Source: a virus. From it: a stretch of DNA of 35,878 nt. Numbering within the stretch: position 1 is the stretch's first letter; every line of letters starts with the position of its first letter. Positions 17,835 to 25,355 of the stretch are shown one piece after another. The position numbers and the translations under genes are program-made. The DNA is taken from positions 1-35,878 of the IMG/VR virus record IMGVR_UViG_3300006840_000056. One strand, given 5' to 3'. The notes below the pieces were generated by a model. That model was given only the letters and a program-made list of their open reading frames with translations. It did no database searches and had not been told where the DNA came from.

Positions 17835-18251
17835 TTACCTGCGTCTACTAAACATCTGTACACAGTACCCATTACTACAACTGACACAACTATGTGTATA
17901 ATCGTTTTCTAAATTAGCCCTGTGGGTGTCAGAAGATAACCAAGCATTGAGTGTACTTTCAGCGTCATTAAAATCTTTAGCAAGGTTCTCACCAATGTGC
18001 TTATACCCTAACTTAAACATTACCGGTACATATGCCCAGAACCCGCGATGCGACCAATCAACCTGTATTTCTTTTACACGCTTACTTGCTATATAACACA
18101 GACAGTAATCCTTTTTGTAAGCACTTCTTCCATCCTCAACACGCCAGTCCTGTACTTGCTTCCACACGCTACCGGATGACGGAGAAGCAAATGTCGTGGT
18201 TGTAGTAATTACAAGCAAACCTATAAATATAAGGTGTTTAAGTTCTTTCAT
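17835..18251 (-). CDS. secreted CAP/SCP (YkwD-like) domain protein
   Basis: Signal peptide MKELKHLIFIGLLVITTTTTFASP. CAP motifs GENLA...AWLSSDTHRANL...GYCVQMF. Start taken at ATG 18251 rather than TTG 18260. Confidence 0.65.
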   Translation of the reverse strand: MKELKHLIFIGLLVITTTTTFASPSSGSVWKQVQDWRVEDGRSAYKKDYCLCYIASKRVKEIQVDWSHRGFWAYVPVMFKLGYKHIGENLAKDFNDAESTLNAWLSSDTHRANLENDYTHSCVSCSNGYCVQMFSRRR

Positions 18252-18825
18252 ATACTGCAAAGTTATTAATTAAATACCTTATATTACAGTTATCAGTTTC
18301 AATTATTTCTTTAGCTTTGGCGGTTATTAAATCAGTAAGTTCGGGGTTGTACTTAAACCCTGCGTTTTCTATCTTTTCAATCCAGTATTCTTTTGGCTGA
18401 CAGTTAACGTGTGATGTACCACCTTGCCCCACACCTGCACTTGTCATTAGTATTTTGTTTTCAGCGTGGCGGGTTAATATGCTTACATAATTGTCTGCAA
18501 ATTGTGGCTCTATGTGTTCTGCAACCTCAATGCTTAATACCATATCCCACATTTTGTGTAACTCTACTGGTGTTCTTAAATCCTGTATTTCTATCATATT
18601 TGACACACGTGACACAGCTTTGGTAGCTTCCGAACCGTCTATACCGTGTGTGGGGATAAGGTGTGCAAAGTATTCCATCATAAAACCAGCACCGCACCCA
18701 ACATCTAACACGCTTTTTGGCTTTAGTACGTCATAAAACATCTGTGCCAACTTAATATACGTGTTTCTATAGAACTCGTGTCCTGTAAAATATTCCGTTG
18801 TGTATATGTTATTTATTTTGTTCAT
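18238..18825 (-). CDS. class I SAM-dependent methyltransferase
   Basis: Motif I is VLDVGCGAGFMMEYF. A downstream acidic loop and VLSIEVAEHI (motif IV-like) follow. Confidence 0.8.
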   Translation of the reverse strand: MNKINNIYTTEYFTGHEFYRNTYIKLAQMFYDVLKPKSVLDVGCGAGFMMEYFAHLIPTHGIDGSEATKAVSRVSNMIEIQDLRTPVELHKMWDMVLSIEVAEHIEPQFADNYVSILTRHAENKILMTSAGVGQGGTSHVNCQPKEYWIEKIENAGFKYNPELTDLITAKAKEIIETDNCNIRYLINNFAVYERT

Positions 18826-19204
18826 TGTATAATTCCTCTAATTGCCAACTTTTTAATGGTTTAACATCTGCTTTGGCTTGGCGACGTATTTCGTTTAATT
18901 CGTCTAACACTTCCTGCCCGTAGGTTTTTAACATAAATTGCGTATAAGGTACGGGGTTTTTGTTGTGTTCCCAATTACAGCTTGAACATTGCGGGTGGAC
19001 ATTTTTCGGACACCACCTTAATTGTTTAATGTCCCTTGATATGTAATGCCCCACCTGTAACCCAAAAGGGTTGTTTTGTGGGTGAAACCAGTCTATTGCC
19101 TTACCACAAGTAACACACACTTTCGGGTACTCGGCTTTTAACCTATCCCTTACTTTATCGTCTAACTTATCAATGGTTTTTTGGCGTTCGCTTTTTTTAG
19201 CCAT
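18809..19204 (-). CDS. ninG: NinG/Rap-like recombination endonuclease
   Basis: CVTCGKAIDW...VGHYISRD..QLRW...NVHPQCSSCNWEHNKNPVPYTQFMLKTYGQEVLDEL aligns by eye with lambda NinG CISCG...AGHYRT...LRF...[36 protein letters not shown]. Confidence 0.75.
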   Translation of the reverse strand: MAKKSERQKTIDKLDDKVRDRLKAEYPKVCVTCGKAIDWFHPQNNPFGLQVGHYISRDIKQLRWCPKNVHPQCSSCNWEHNKNPVPYTQFMLKTYGQEVLDELNEIRRQAKADVKPLKSWQLEELYNEQNK

Positions 19205-20207
19205 TTAATTGTGCCTCTACCATTAATTGTACCAGTTCTTTGAACTTTGTTGTAGGTTGCCACCCCAATTCCTTGTATGCTTTGGTGTAATCGCCTACTA
19301 ATAAATCAACTTCTGCTGGTCGGTAGTATTTAGGGTTAACCTTAACTACGGTTTGCCCGTGCTGGTTAATACCTACTTCGTCTAACCCCTGCCCTTTCCA
19401 AGTAATATCCCAGTCTAATTGTCGGGCGGTTTCTTCTACGAATTCCCTAACCGAGTGGGTTTCGCCTGTGGCTATTACATAATCATCTGGCTGTGGGGCT
19501 TGTAGCATTGCCCACATAGCTTGTACATAGTCCCCAGCAAAACCCCAATCCCTTTTACTGTCTAAGTTGCCCAGTTCAACACACTCTCTTTCACGTTTCC
19601 AAACCTCTACCATTTGTTTTACTATCTTTTTAGTTACAAACTGCTCACCCCTGCGTGGGCTTTCGTGGTTGAATAAAATACCATTACAGGCAAACATATC
19701 GTAAGCCTCACGATAATTGCGGGTAATCCAATATCCAAATAGCTTACTTGCCCCGTATGGTGAACGTATATTCATAGGTGTATTTTCATTTTGTGGCACT
19801 TCTGCAACCTTTCCAAACATTTCACTACTACTGGCTTGATAGAACTTTATAGTTGGATCTATCTGCCTAATGGCTTCTAACATTCTCAATACACCAACGC
19901 CCGTTATATCTGCTGTCTGAAGTGGTAGTTTGAACGAAGCACCTACATCTGACTGCGAAGCCAAATTATACACTTCTGTAGGCTTAAAATTAGCAATCAA
20001 TGATATTAGACTGCTAATGTCCTGCAAATCCCCATACGCCAACGAAAAATCACTGACACCTACTAAATGCTTTATTCTTGATAAATTATCGGTGCTGGTC
20101 CTGCGGTACATTCCGCACACTTGATAACCTTTCTTCAGTAAGAACTCTATTAAATATGATGCATCCTGTCCGGTTGCACCGGTAACCAATGCTCTTTTTT
20201 TATTCAT
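19197..20207 (-). CDS. gmd: GDP-mannose 4,6-dehydratase
   Basis: ALVTGATGQDASYL (GxxGxxG). The stretch YNLASQSDVGASF...KFYQASSSEMFG...RSPYGASKL...YREAYDMFACNGILFNHESPRRGEQFVTKKI matches the GMD family throughout, including the S/T-Y-K catalytic residues and the NHESPRRG box. Confidence 0.9.
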   Translation of the reverse strand: MNKKRALVTGATGQDASYLIEFLLKKGYQVCGMYRRTSTDNLSRIKHLVGVSDFSLAYGDLQDISSLISLIANFKPTEVYNLASQSDVGASFKLPLQTADITGVGVLRMLEAIRQIDPTIKFYQASSSEMFGKVAEVPQNENTPMNIRSPYGASKLFGYWITRNYREAYDMFACNGILFNHESPRRGEQFVTKKIVKQMVEVWKRERECVELGNLDSKRDWGFAGDYVQAMWAMLQAPQPDDYVIATGETHSVREFVEETARQLDWDITWKGQGLDEVGINQHGQTVVKVNPKYYRPAEVDLLVGDYTKAYKELGWQPTTKFKELVQLMVEAQLNG

Positions 20208-20321
20208 TATTTTTACCTCTTATACCCTCTCGTAATTAAATACCCAATGGTGAGTGCAAGTGCTTGAAACCATTTCGGTTTTGCTTACACCCACCACAGG
20301 GTATTTAACCCTGTTTGGATA

Positions 20322-20879
20322 TTAACTATCCAAGTCCACACCGCCCAAGTCCGGCAAGTCAATCTCCTTGTCTATTTCTTTCATCTCCTCGTCTGTTATT
20401 TCTTCTTCCTTGCTAAAAACCAACCTTTGCAGTTCTTCTTCGGTTAGTTCCGGCAATTTTTCACCTTTAGCGTCTACTTTCATTACTTCCGTAATGTTTG
20501 AGTAGGTCTTGCCGTTACTTTCTTTATGCTTAACAACTATTCGCAGTCTACCACCTATTAGCGTGTTAACGTCTATGGAAGTATCGTCAAGTTGTTCACC
20601 CATTACGGCACAAGCAAAGTCGTATAACTTTGAGGATTGTCCCCCGCTAAAACCTGCTGTAAAAGCCGTACTAACAAAGTGTATTATACCCAAACCTCTC
20701 TGTTCTTCGTCAAGGATACCCAACTTGAACCACAATTTATTTACTAACTTTCCCTTATACCCTTTTTGGTTCTTTTTAAGCACCACGTCTGCTACTTGTG
20801 CGGTATAAACACCTTCCGGGATTAACTCGTAGTTTCCGCCCTCGTTTTTTATTAACGCATCATTTGGATCTACTGGCAT
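20322..20879 (-). CDS. putative ssDNA-binding protein (DUF669-like) with an acidic C-terminal tail
   Basis: YELIPEGVYTAQVADVVLKKNQKG... resembles DUF669 phage proteins. The C-terminus EEEITDEEMKEIDKEIDLPDLGGVDLDS resembles an SSB-type acidic tip. Strong SD. Confidence 0.4.
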   Translation of the reverse strand: MPVDPNDALIKNEGGNYELIPEGVYTAQVADVVLKKNQKGYKGKLVNKLWFKLGILDEEQRGLGIIHFVSTAFTAGFSGGQSSKLYDFACAVMGEQLDDTSIDVNTLIGGRLRIVVKHKESNGKTYSNITEVMKVDAKGEKLPELTEEELQRLVFSKEEEITDEEMKEIDKEIDLPDLGGVDLDS

Positions 20880-20974
20880 TGTTTATCACCACCTTTCAAA
20901 AATAAATTAGTAAAACTCTTAACTAACTACCAAACAATTCTTTTATTAAATTGTTATAGTGTCTGTCTCCTTTA

Positions 20975-20983
20975 TGTTATAAT
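20975..20983 (+). promoter_or_regulatory. extended -10 promoter element TGtTATAAT (plus strand)
   Basis: tatgTTATAAT read directly. A perfect -10 hexamer with TG one base upstream. TTGTTA lies 21 nt upstream, which is non-optimal spacing. Confidence 0.4.
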
Positions 20984-20989
20984 ATCATT

Positions 20990-21048
20990 GCAGATAAGAA
21001 ACCTTATCTGTTATCAACCGCCCGTTGAAAAAGACGGGCTTTTTGTTT
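20990..21048 (+). ncRNA. candidate plus-strand small RNA of about 55-60 nt (two hairpins, the second an intrinsic terminator)
   Basis: CAGATAAG-aaac-CTTATCTG (8-bp stem, 20991..21010) is followed by GCCCGT-tgaaaaag-ACGGGC and TTTTTGTTT (21020..21048). The U-tract is only on the plus strand. Confidence 0.4.
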
Positions 21049-21056
21049 CCTTTTAG

Positions 21057-21227
21057 TCATTTTTTATCTCCTTTAGTCTTGGAATAATAAAACTCCCTGA
21101 AGTGTTGTTTAGACATATATTGGTGTGTTCCTTCTTTTTTATCATAGGTACAACCCGAACAGTCAGGCAACATTTCTTCTATATCACGTAGTATTTCTTC
21201 CTCTATTTGCTTTTCTTTTATGTTCAT
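21057..21227 (-). CDS. hypothetical small protein (56 aa)
   Basis: Own translation: MNIKEKQIEEEILRDIEEMLPDCSGCTYDKKEGTHQYMSKQHFREFYYSKTKGDKK. ATGA overlap with the upstream gene and AAAGGAGAT SD. Below the track's length cut-off. Confidence 0.55.
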   Translation of the reverse strand: MNIKEKQIEEEILRDIEEMLPDCSGCTYDKKEGTHQYMSKQHFREFYYSKTKGDKK

Positions 21228-21694
21228 TTTTTATCTCCTTTAGTTTGTGATAAATATTCTTTAACCGAATCATCATCAACTAAACCACCTAATCCATTGT
21301 TCCAAGCCCATCTTACATAACCCTTTATAGCGTCTTCTCTTTCCTTTTTTAGTTTTGGTTCAAACCAATCCCATATTTTATTAACTAATTCGTTGGACGC
21401 TTTTATACCTGTAATTTCTTCAATTAAATCAAGTGCTTTTTTTTCATCTTTCCACCCTAACCATTTGCCACCACTTTTATCTACATACGCATTATGTGGT
21501 TCTGACCAATAAGAACAATCGCAAAAATACCTTCCATCTTTCGTTTTATTATTTGACATTTCTATCTCAGACATAGAACACAAACTACAATAAAAAGGAG
21601 CAGAACCCCTATCCTCGTATTGTCTTAAATATGGTTCGGACAATTCTCCTTTTTGAATAAACTGTTCATCAAATTCTTTCTTTATATCTTTCAT
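21224..21694 (-). CDS. hypothetical protein (Cys/Trp-containing)
   Basis: Start taken at ATG 21694 (MKDIKKEF...). The track's TTG 21709 is part of the SD TTGAAAGGAAC. Confidence 0.6.
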   Translation of the reverse strand: MKDIKKEFDEQFIQKGELSEPYLRQYEDRGSAPFYCSLCSMSEIEMSNNKTKDGRYFCDCSYWSEPHNAYVDKSGGKWLGWKDEKKALDLIEEITGIKASNELVNKIWDWFEPKLKKEREDAIKGYVRWAWNNGLGGLVDDDSVKEYLSQTKGDKK

Positions 21695-21727
21695 TATTGT
21701 TCCTTTCAATTAAATAATTACTTAGTT

Positions 21728-22258
21728 TTATCCTTCAACAACCACTCCCAATGCTGTTAAGAAGTCATCTATTTGGTTCTTTTTTATTTTTGTATTCCCA
21801 TTTCTTCCATAGAACTTGGCGTGATAGAAGTCAACACCTTTCAAGTTAGCACCTTCCAAGTTAGCACCTATCAAGTAAGCATCTCTCAAGTCAGCATCTA
21901 CTAAGTTAGCACCTTCCAAGTCAGCACCTACCAAGTAAGCATCTCTCAAGTTAGCACCTATCAAGTTAGTACCTCTCAAGTCAGCATCTCCCAAGTAAGC
22001 ATCTCTCAAGTTAGCACCTATCAAGTTAGCACCTCCCAAACAAGCATCTCTCAAGTCAGCATCTCCCAAGTAAGCATCTCTCAAGTCAACATTTCTACTA
22101 ACTGCTTCTTCTACTGCTTCCTTTAAAGTAGTCTTATCACTCTCAAAGAGAACTTCTCCTGCAAGTGTCTTTATCTGCAACTTATTAGACTCTTCCTTTT
22201 CTACTTGACTTTTTATTAACTCATATGTTTCATCTGAAACTGTTATTGTTTTAGTCAT
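21728..22258 (-). CDS. pentapeptide-repeat protein
   Basis: About 19 consecutive A(D/N)LXX pentapeptides: DLRDAYLGDADLRDACLGGANLIGANLRDAYLGDADLRGTNLIGANLRDAYLVGADLEGANLVDADLRDAYLIGANLEGANLKGVDF. The DNA shows the matching 15/30-nt periodicity (caagttagcacct...). Confidence 0.9.
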   Translation of the reverse strand: MTKTITVSDETYELIKSQVEKEESNKLQIKTLAGEVLFESDKTTLKEAVEEAVSRNVDLRDAYLGDADLRDACLGGANLIGANLRDAYLGDADLRGTNLIGANLRDAYLVGADLEGANLVDADLRDAYLIGANLEGANLKGVDFYHAKFYGRNGNTKIKKNQIDDFLTALGVVVEG

Positions 22259-22461
22259 ATATTCCTTTCAATTAAATAATTACTTATTTCTCACGGAAAC
22301 AAACCCTGTATTTTATGCACTTCGTGTCTTCGTATAATATACATTCTTGTATATTTTACGGTAAGGTTATCGCATAAGGTACATTTCCGTACACCAACCT
22401 AACACCTAACTTTTATATGTTCCATCAACCTCGTCATTTCTGCTAACAATCTTGCATTGTA

Positions 22462-22492
22462 TCTCGGCTTTCTTACCCTTTTATAGCCGAGA
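22462..22492 (-). promoter_or_regulatory. conserved stem-loop, copy B (7-bp stem, 17-nt loop)
   Basis: Minus strand TCTCGGC-TATAAAAGGGTAAGAAA-GCCGAGA. Near-identical to copy A at 27423..27455, with one compensatory pair change. Confidence 0.6.
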
Positions 22493-22509
22493 AGTCCCTA
22501 TATTTTTAC

Positions 22510-22707
22510 TCATTCTTGTTCCCTTAGCAAAGTTAATAACTGCTGATCAGTAATGTCATTAAACGACTGTAGGTTAAACCTTTGCTTTGCTTTGTTTTTT
22601 GCGTCTTCACTTCTAACGCCCAAATCCCTAGCAATGGCAAAATACCTGCCAATCATTTTACGCCTGACTTTATTTTGTATTATTAACTTTGCTTCTTTTT
22701 CCGTCAT
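22510..22707 (-). CDS. hypothetical small basic protein (65 aa)
   Basis: MTEKEAKLIIQNKVRRKMIGRYFAIARDLGVRSEDAKNKAKQRF... Start at ATG 22707 with SD TTGAAAGG. The track's TTG start is the SD itself. Confidence 0.6.
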   Translation of the reverse strand: MTEKEAKLIIQNKVRRKMIGRYFAIARDLGVRSEDAKNKAKQRFNLQSFNDITDQQLLTLLREQE

Positions 22708-22754
22708 TGCTAAACCTTTCAATTAACCACCACCATATTTCTAAATACCACTTG

Positions 22755-23501
22755 TTATATACCCGCATTTTCATTGTCCTTTAACTGTTGTATTCTGCGA
22801 TATAATATCAACGCCCCGTTAAACGCCTGTACGTTTTCTTCGTAGTCGTAGTTTTCCTGTATTTCAAAATCGCCGTTTCTACTAACCCTTACTATTAATT
22901 GCCCGTCTATTTTTGTGCCTGTTTCTTCTGTGTATGCCTGTTGGTAGGCGGAAGTCTGAAACCAATACTCATTGTAAATAGCGTTAGATGTTTTTATGTC
23001 ACCTACAAAAGTCTTATCACCAATTACACAAGCAAAGTCCATAGTACCTGCATACTGGTGTTCCTTTGAGTATATTTTCCTTTCGGTTTCAAGGAACTTA
23101 ACCTTATTGTCTTTTGCCCAAGTAAGGAAGTTGTTATAACAAACCTTTGCCTTTTCGTGTATAGGTGGTTCTTCCTTGCCTGTTCTTATATAACTTTCTA
23201 TAGCCTCGTGTACCAGCGTACCTATGTCCCCAGCGTCTTCCTTTTTAACTTTGTGGGCTATCTTTGCACCCTCTAATATCTTTTTAAGCTGTATTTCGTC
23301 ATAACTCTTACCAGCTTTTATTTTCTTACCAATATAAGAAAGTGCCATATTAACCGCCCAATACATTAGGGCTGGTTTGCTCACAACCGATAACACCCCA
23401 GTTGTTCCTTCCACTTTTTTTCCATTAACCGTGTATATATGTTTTTCGCTATCAAACAATAATGCAACTTTTCCATTATATAGTTTGTGTGTTTCTATCA
23501 T
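22755..23501 (-). CDS. PD-(D/E)xK exonuclease (RecB/Cas4-like phage exonuclease)
   Basis: GTLVHEAIESY, then GTMDFACVIGDKTFVGDIKTSNAIYNEYWFQTSAYQQAY. This is the D...D-x-K...Q-x3-Y nuclease core. Confidence 0.75.
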   Translation of the reverse strand: MIETHKLYNGKVALLFDSEKHIYTVNGKKVEGTTGVLSVVSKPALMYWAVNMALSYIGKKIKAGKSYDEIQLKKILEGAKIAHKVKKEDAGDIGTLVHEAIESYIRTGKEEPPIHEKAKVCYNNFLTWAKDNKVKFLETERKIYSKEHQYAGTMDFACVIGDKTFVGDIKTSNAIYNEYWFQTSAYQQAYTEETGTKIDGQLIVRVSRNGDFEIQENYDYEENVQAFNGALILYRRIQQLKDNENAGI

Positions 23502-23722
23502 TTGTTACCTTTCTTAACTATAACCTTGCCCATATAGTTATTTATGTCAAATTGAATATACGCACTTGCCATTTCCTCGTTCATATAAAGGGTAAACATT
23601 CTTTCGTTGTCTTTGCTTAACCCAATGTGGTAGTCACAAAACATATAGTTATCCCTTATATTGTCCAAAAAGTTAGTTATTAACTCTTGGTAATTAATAT
23701 CAAATGTTCCTATTTTAATCAT
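23498..23722 (-). CDS. hypothetical protein
   Basis: 74 aa with ATGA overlaps on both sides. Confidence 0.55.
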   Translation of the reverse strand: MIKIGTFDINYQELITNFLDNIRDNYMFCDYHIGLSKDNERMFTLYMNEEMASAYIQFDINNYMGKVIVKKGNK

Positions 23723-23882
23723 TTTTAGTTTCCTCTTTTAACTTTTTACTAAATCGTAACCCTATTTCCTCTAATATTTCTTCTATCTCTTTTTCTGGTA
23801 TTTTGTGCCTACGCAATATAGCCACTATACTTTCGGAAAGAATTGCTACCGCCGTACTTATCGTATCTGTATGGTATATCAT
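23715..23882 (-). CDS. hypothetical small protein (55 aa)
   Basis: Own translation: MIYHTDTISTAVAILSESIVAILRRHKIPEKEIEEILEEIGLRFSKKLKEETKND. ATGA overlap with the upstream gene. It fills an otherwise empty 160-nt gap. Confidence 0.5.
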   Translation of the reverse strand: MIYHTDTISTAVAILSESIVAILRRHKIPEKEIEEILEEIGLRFSKKLKEETKND

Positions 23883-24358
23883 AGTTTTTCCACCTTTACT
23901 TTACACAAATCAGTACAATTAATGGCATTTTTAACTGCTGGGCTTAAATCAACTATCCTGCCCAACTTATTAAACCCGCCCGTGTCCGTAACCCGTGCAT
24001 AGGTTGTGTCACGTGTGTCATAATTAGTTACTTTTACCCAAGTGTTTAACGGTAGCCAATTAAAGGCAACCGTAAAACCCTCGTCAGTAAATCGTTCTCC
24101 GTTAGCCATAGTAAGGGTGGGGCTACAACCCACACACCCGTCCTCGCTGTAATAACTGGCTGTGCCTATCCATTTGTATTTGTTTTCTTCGTCTATTTCC
24201 TTTTCCTGTTCCTGCAAAACAAATATGTCCTTTTTTAGTTGTTCCACCTGTTGCTCGGCTAACCCTATTTGTGTATCCATTTTACGGCTAATATCCTGTA
24301 AATGGTCGTTGGCTATCCAAAGCATAAATATTAGTGCTATTATTTGCCAATTCTTCAT
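23879..24358 (-). CDS. membrane-anchored RlpA/3D-like double-psi beta-barrel protein (putative lytic transglycosylase-like)
   Basis: N-terminal TM WQIIALIFMLWIA, then a coiled coil. The motifs GTASYYSEDG...TMANGERF...VAFNWLPLNTWVKVTN...YARVTDTGGF...GRIVDLSPA match DPBB motifs. Confidence 0.65.
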   Translation of the reverse strand: MKNWQIIALIFMLWIANDHLQDISRKMDTQIGLAEQQVEQLKKDIFVLQEQEKEIDEENKYKWIGTASYYSEDGCVGCSPTLTMANGERFTDEGFTVAFNWLPLNTWVKVTNYDTRDTTYARVTDTGGFNKLGRIVDLSPAVKNAINCTDLCKVKVEKL

Positions 24359-24630
24359 AAATTAACCTCACTTACTTCTATATCAAAACTGGCATAAATC
24401 CTAATACTGTCTACGGCTTTTTCAGCAAGTTCCTCAATTTTTAAGTCAATTAACTGTTGTAGTTTGAATGCACCCTTATATTCCATTTGTTCGCCCTTAC
24501 AATACTGTGTAATATCCTGCATTAGTTCGTCATTGTCCTTTATACGGTCAATGGTAATGCCTATTAGTTCTTCCTTGTAATCAAAAGCCAAGTCACCAGA
24601 CCTTATTTTATCCTCGTATGTAAATATCAT
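24355..24630 (-). CDS. hypothetical acidic protein
   Basis: 91 aa with an ATG start and an overlapping stop-start. Confidence 0.55.
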   Translation of the reverse strand: MIFTYEDKIRSGDLAFDYKEELIGITIDRIKDNDELMQDITQYCKGEQMEYKGAFKLQQLIDLKIEELAEKAVDSIRIYASFDIEVSEVNL

Positions 24631-24755
24631 TTTGCTACCACCCTTCCGTTGCTTACGGTGTGTAGCCCGTCAAGTTCAACTAACTTTTTAGCGTTTCGTT
24701 TTGCTATTCTTTTGGTTTGGGCGTTTATCTTTTTTATTAGTTCTTTTTGTGTCAT
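24627..24755 (-). CDS. hypothetical small basic protein (42 aa)
   Basis: MTQKELIKKINAQTKRIAKRNAKKLVELDGLHTVSNGRVVAK from ATG 24755, just after the upstream stop. The longer track version overlaps the upstream gene. Confidence 0.4.
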   Translation of the reverse strand: MTQKELIKKINAQTKRIAKRNAKKLVELDGLHTVSNGRVVAK

Positions 24756-24756
24756 T

Positions 24757-25101
24757 TTAGTAGTACCTTCCAAACAACATTTCGTTGTAACTTTGTACAT
24801 CATCTTCATCGTCTGGGTTTAGTCCTACCCTTTGCATATCGGCTCTTGCTTCGTCCCTTTGGTCGTCTAGCATTTCACCTCTAATGTGGTCGCAACTACC
24901 GCACTCGCCACATTCTCTTATAAATAATGCTTCTTCATATGTCCTAGCTGGTTTTCTACAAGTAGGGCAATATGTAGCATTAACCATTAACGGGTCTGTT
25001 AATGGGTTATAAATTGTTACAACACTTTCCTTTTCAGGAAAGCAACTAAATGCTAACTTTGTTAGGTCATTTAGGTTCTTTAGTAAGTTGGTTTCAAGCA
25101 T
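24757..25101 (-). CDS. zinc-ribbon-like hypothetical protein
   Basis: CPTCRK...CGECGSCDH cysteine pairs with an acidic C-terminus. It is the first gene after the promoter at 25134..25162. Confidence 0.6.
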   Translation of the reverse strand: MLETNLLKNLNDLTKLAFSCFPEKESVVTIYNPLTDPLMVNATYCPTCRKPARTYEEALFIRECGECGSCDHIRGEMLDDQRDEARADMQRVGLNPDDEDDVQSYNEMLFGRYY

Positions 25102-25133
25102 TATAAAACCTTTCTTAATTATTTACTAAGAAG

Positions 25134-25162
25134 AATATACACCCTGTTGAGTAAAAAGTCAA
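25134..25162 (-). promoter_or_regulatory. sigma70-type promoter (TTGACT - 17 nt - TATATT)
   Basis: Minus strand GGGTATTGACTTTTTACTCAACAGGGTGTATATTCTTC. The spacer was counted as 17 nt. It lies in the 74-nt gap between the HTH gene and 25101. Confidence 0.6.
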
Positions 25163-25175
25163 TACCCTCTTTTAA

Positions 25176-25355
25176 TCATCTTTTGAACAACTTTTCCCTT
25201 ATTCTACGGTAGAACTTAGCAGTTGCTATTTCCTTGTTATTTTTAACTTGTGATAAATAACTTCTATCACAACCCATTTCACGGGCTAACTTTGATATAT
25301 TAACCCCAACTAAAATGTCCGGGTCTTCTTTTATTACTATCTCTTTATATTTCAC
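25176..25355 (-). CDS. helix-turn-helix DNA-binding protein (59 aa)
   Basis: Own translation: (GTG)MKYKEIVIKEDPDILVGVNISKLAREMGCDRSYLSQVKNNKEIATAKFYRRIREKLFKR. ISKLAREMGCDRSYLSQV is a classic HTH. GTGA overlap with the upstream stop. Confidence 0.6.
   Translation of the reverse strand: MKYKEIVIKEDPDILVGVNISKLAREMGCDRSYLSQVKNNKEIATAKFYRRIREKLFKR

Noticed and set aside
21004-21060. 18-codon minus-strand ORF (MTKRKQKARLFQRAVDNR) overlapping the 21020..21039 hairpin
   Set aside because: It is too short to support, and it consists largely of the hairpin and A-tract sequence of the plus-strand terminator. It was kept only as context for the sRNA finding.
22294-22390. ACGGAAA(T/C) / ATTTCCGT motif recurring at 22294, 22383, 29432 and 29502 as a possible operator
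   Set aside because: The 7-mer also occurs inside coding regions (for example near 12463, 16233, 27249 and 32890), at about the frequency expected by chance for this genome size. Only the local 10-nt duplicate at 29.4-29.5 kb is noted.
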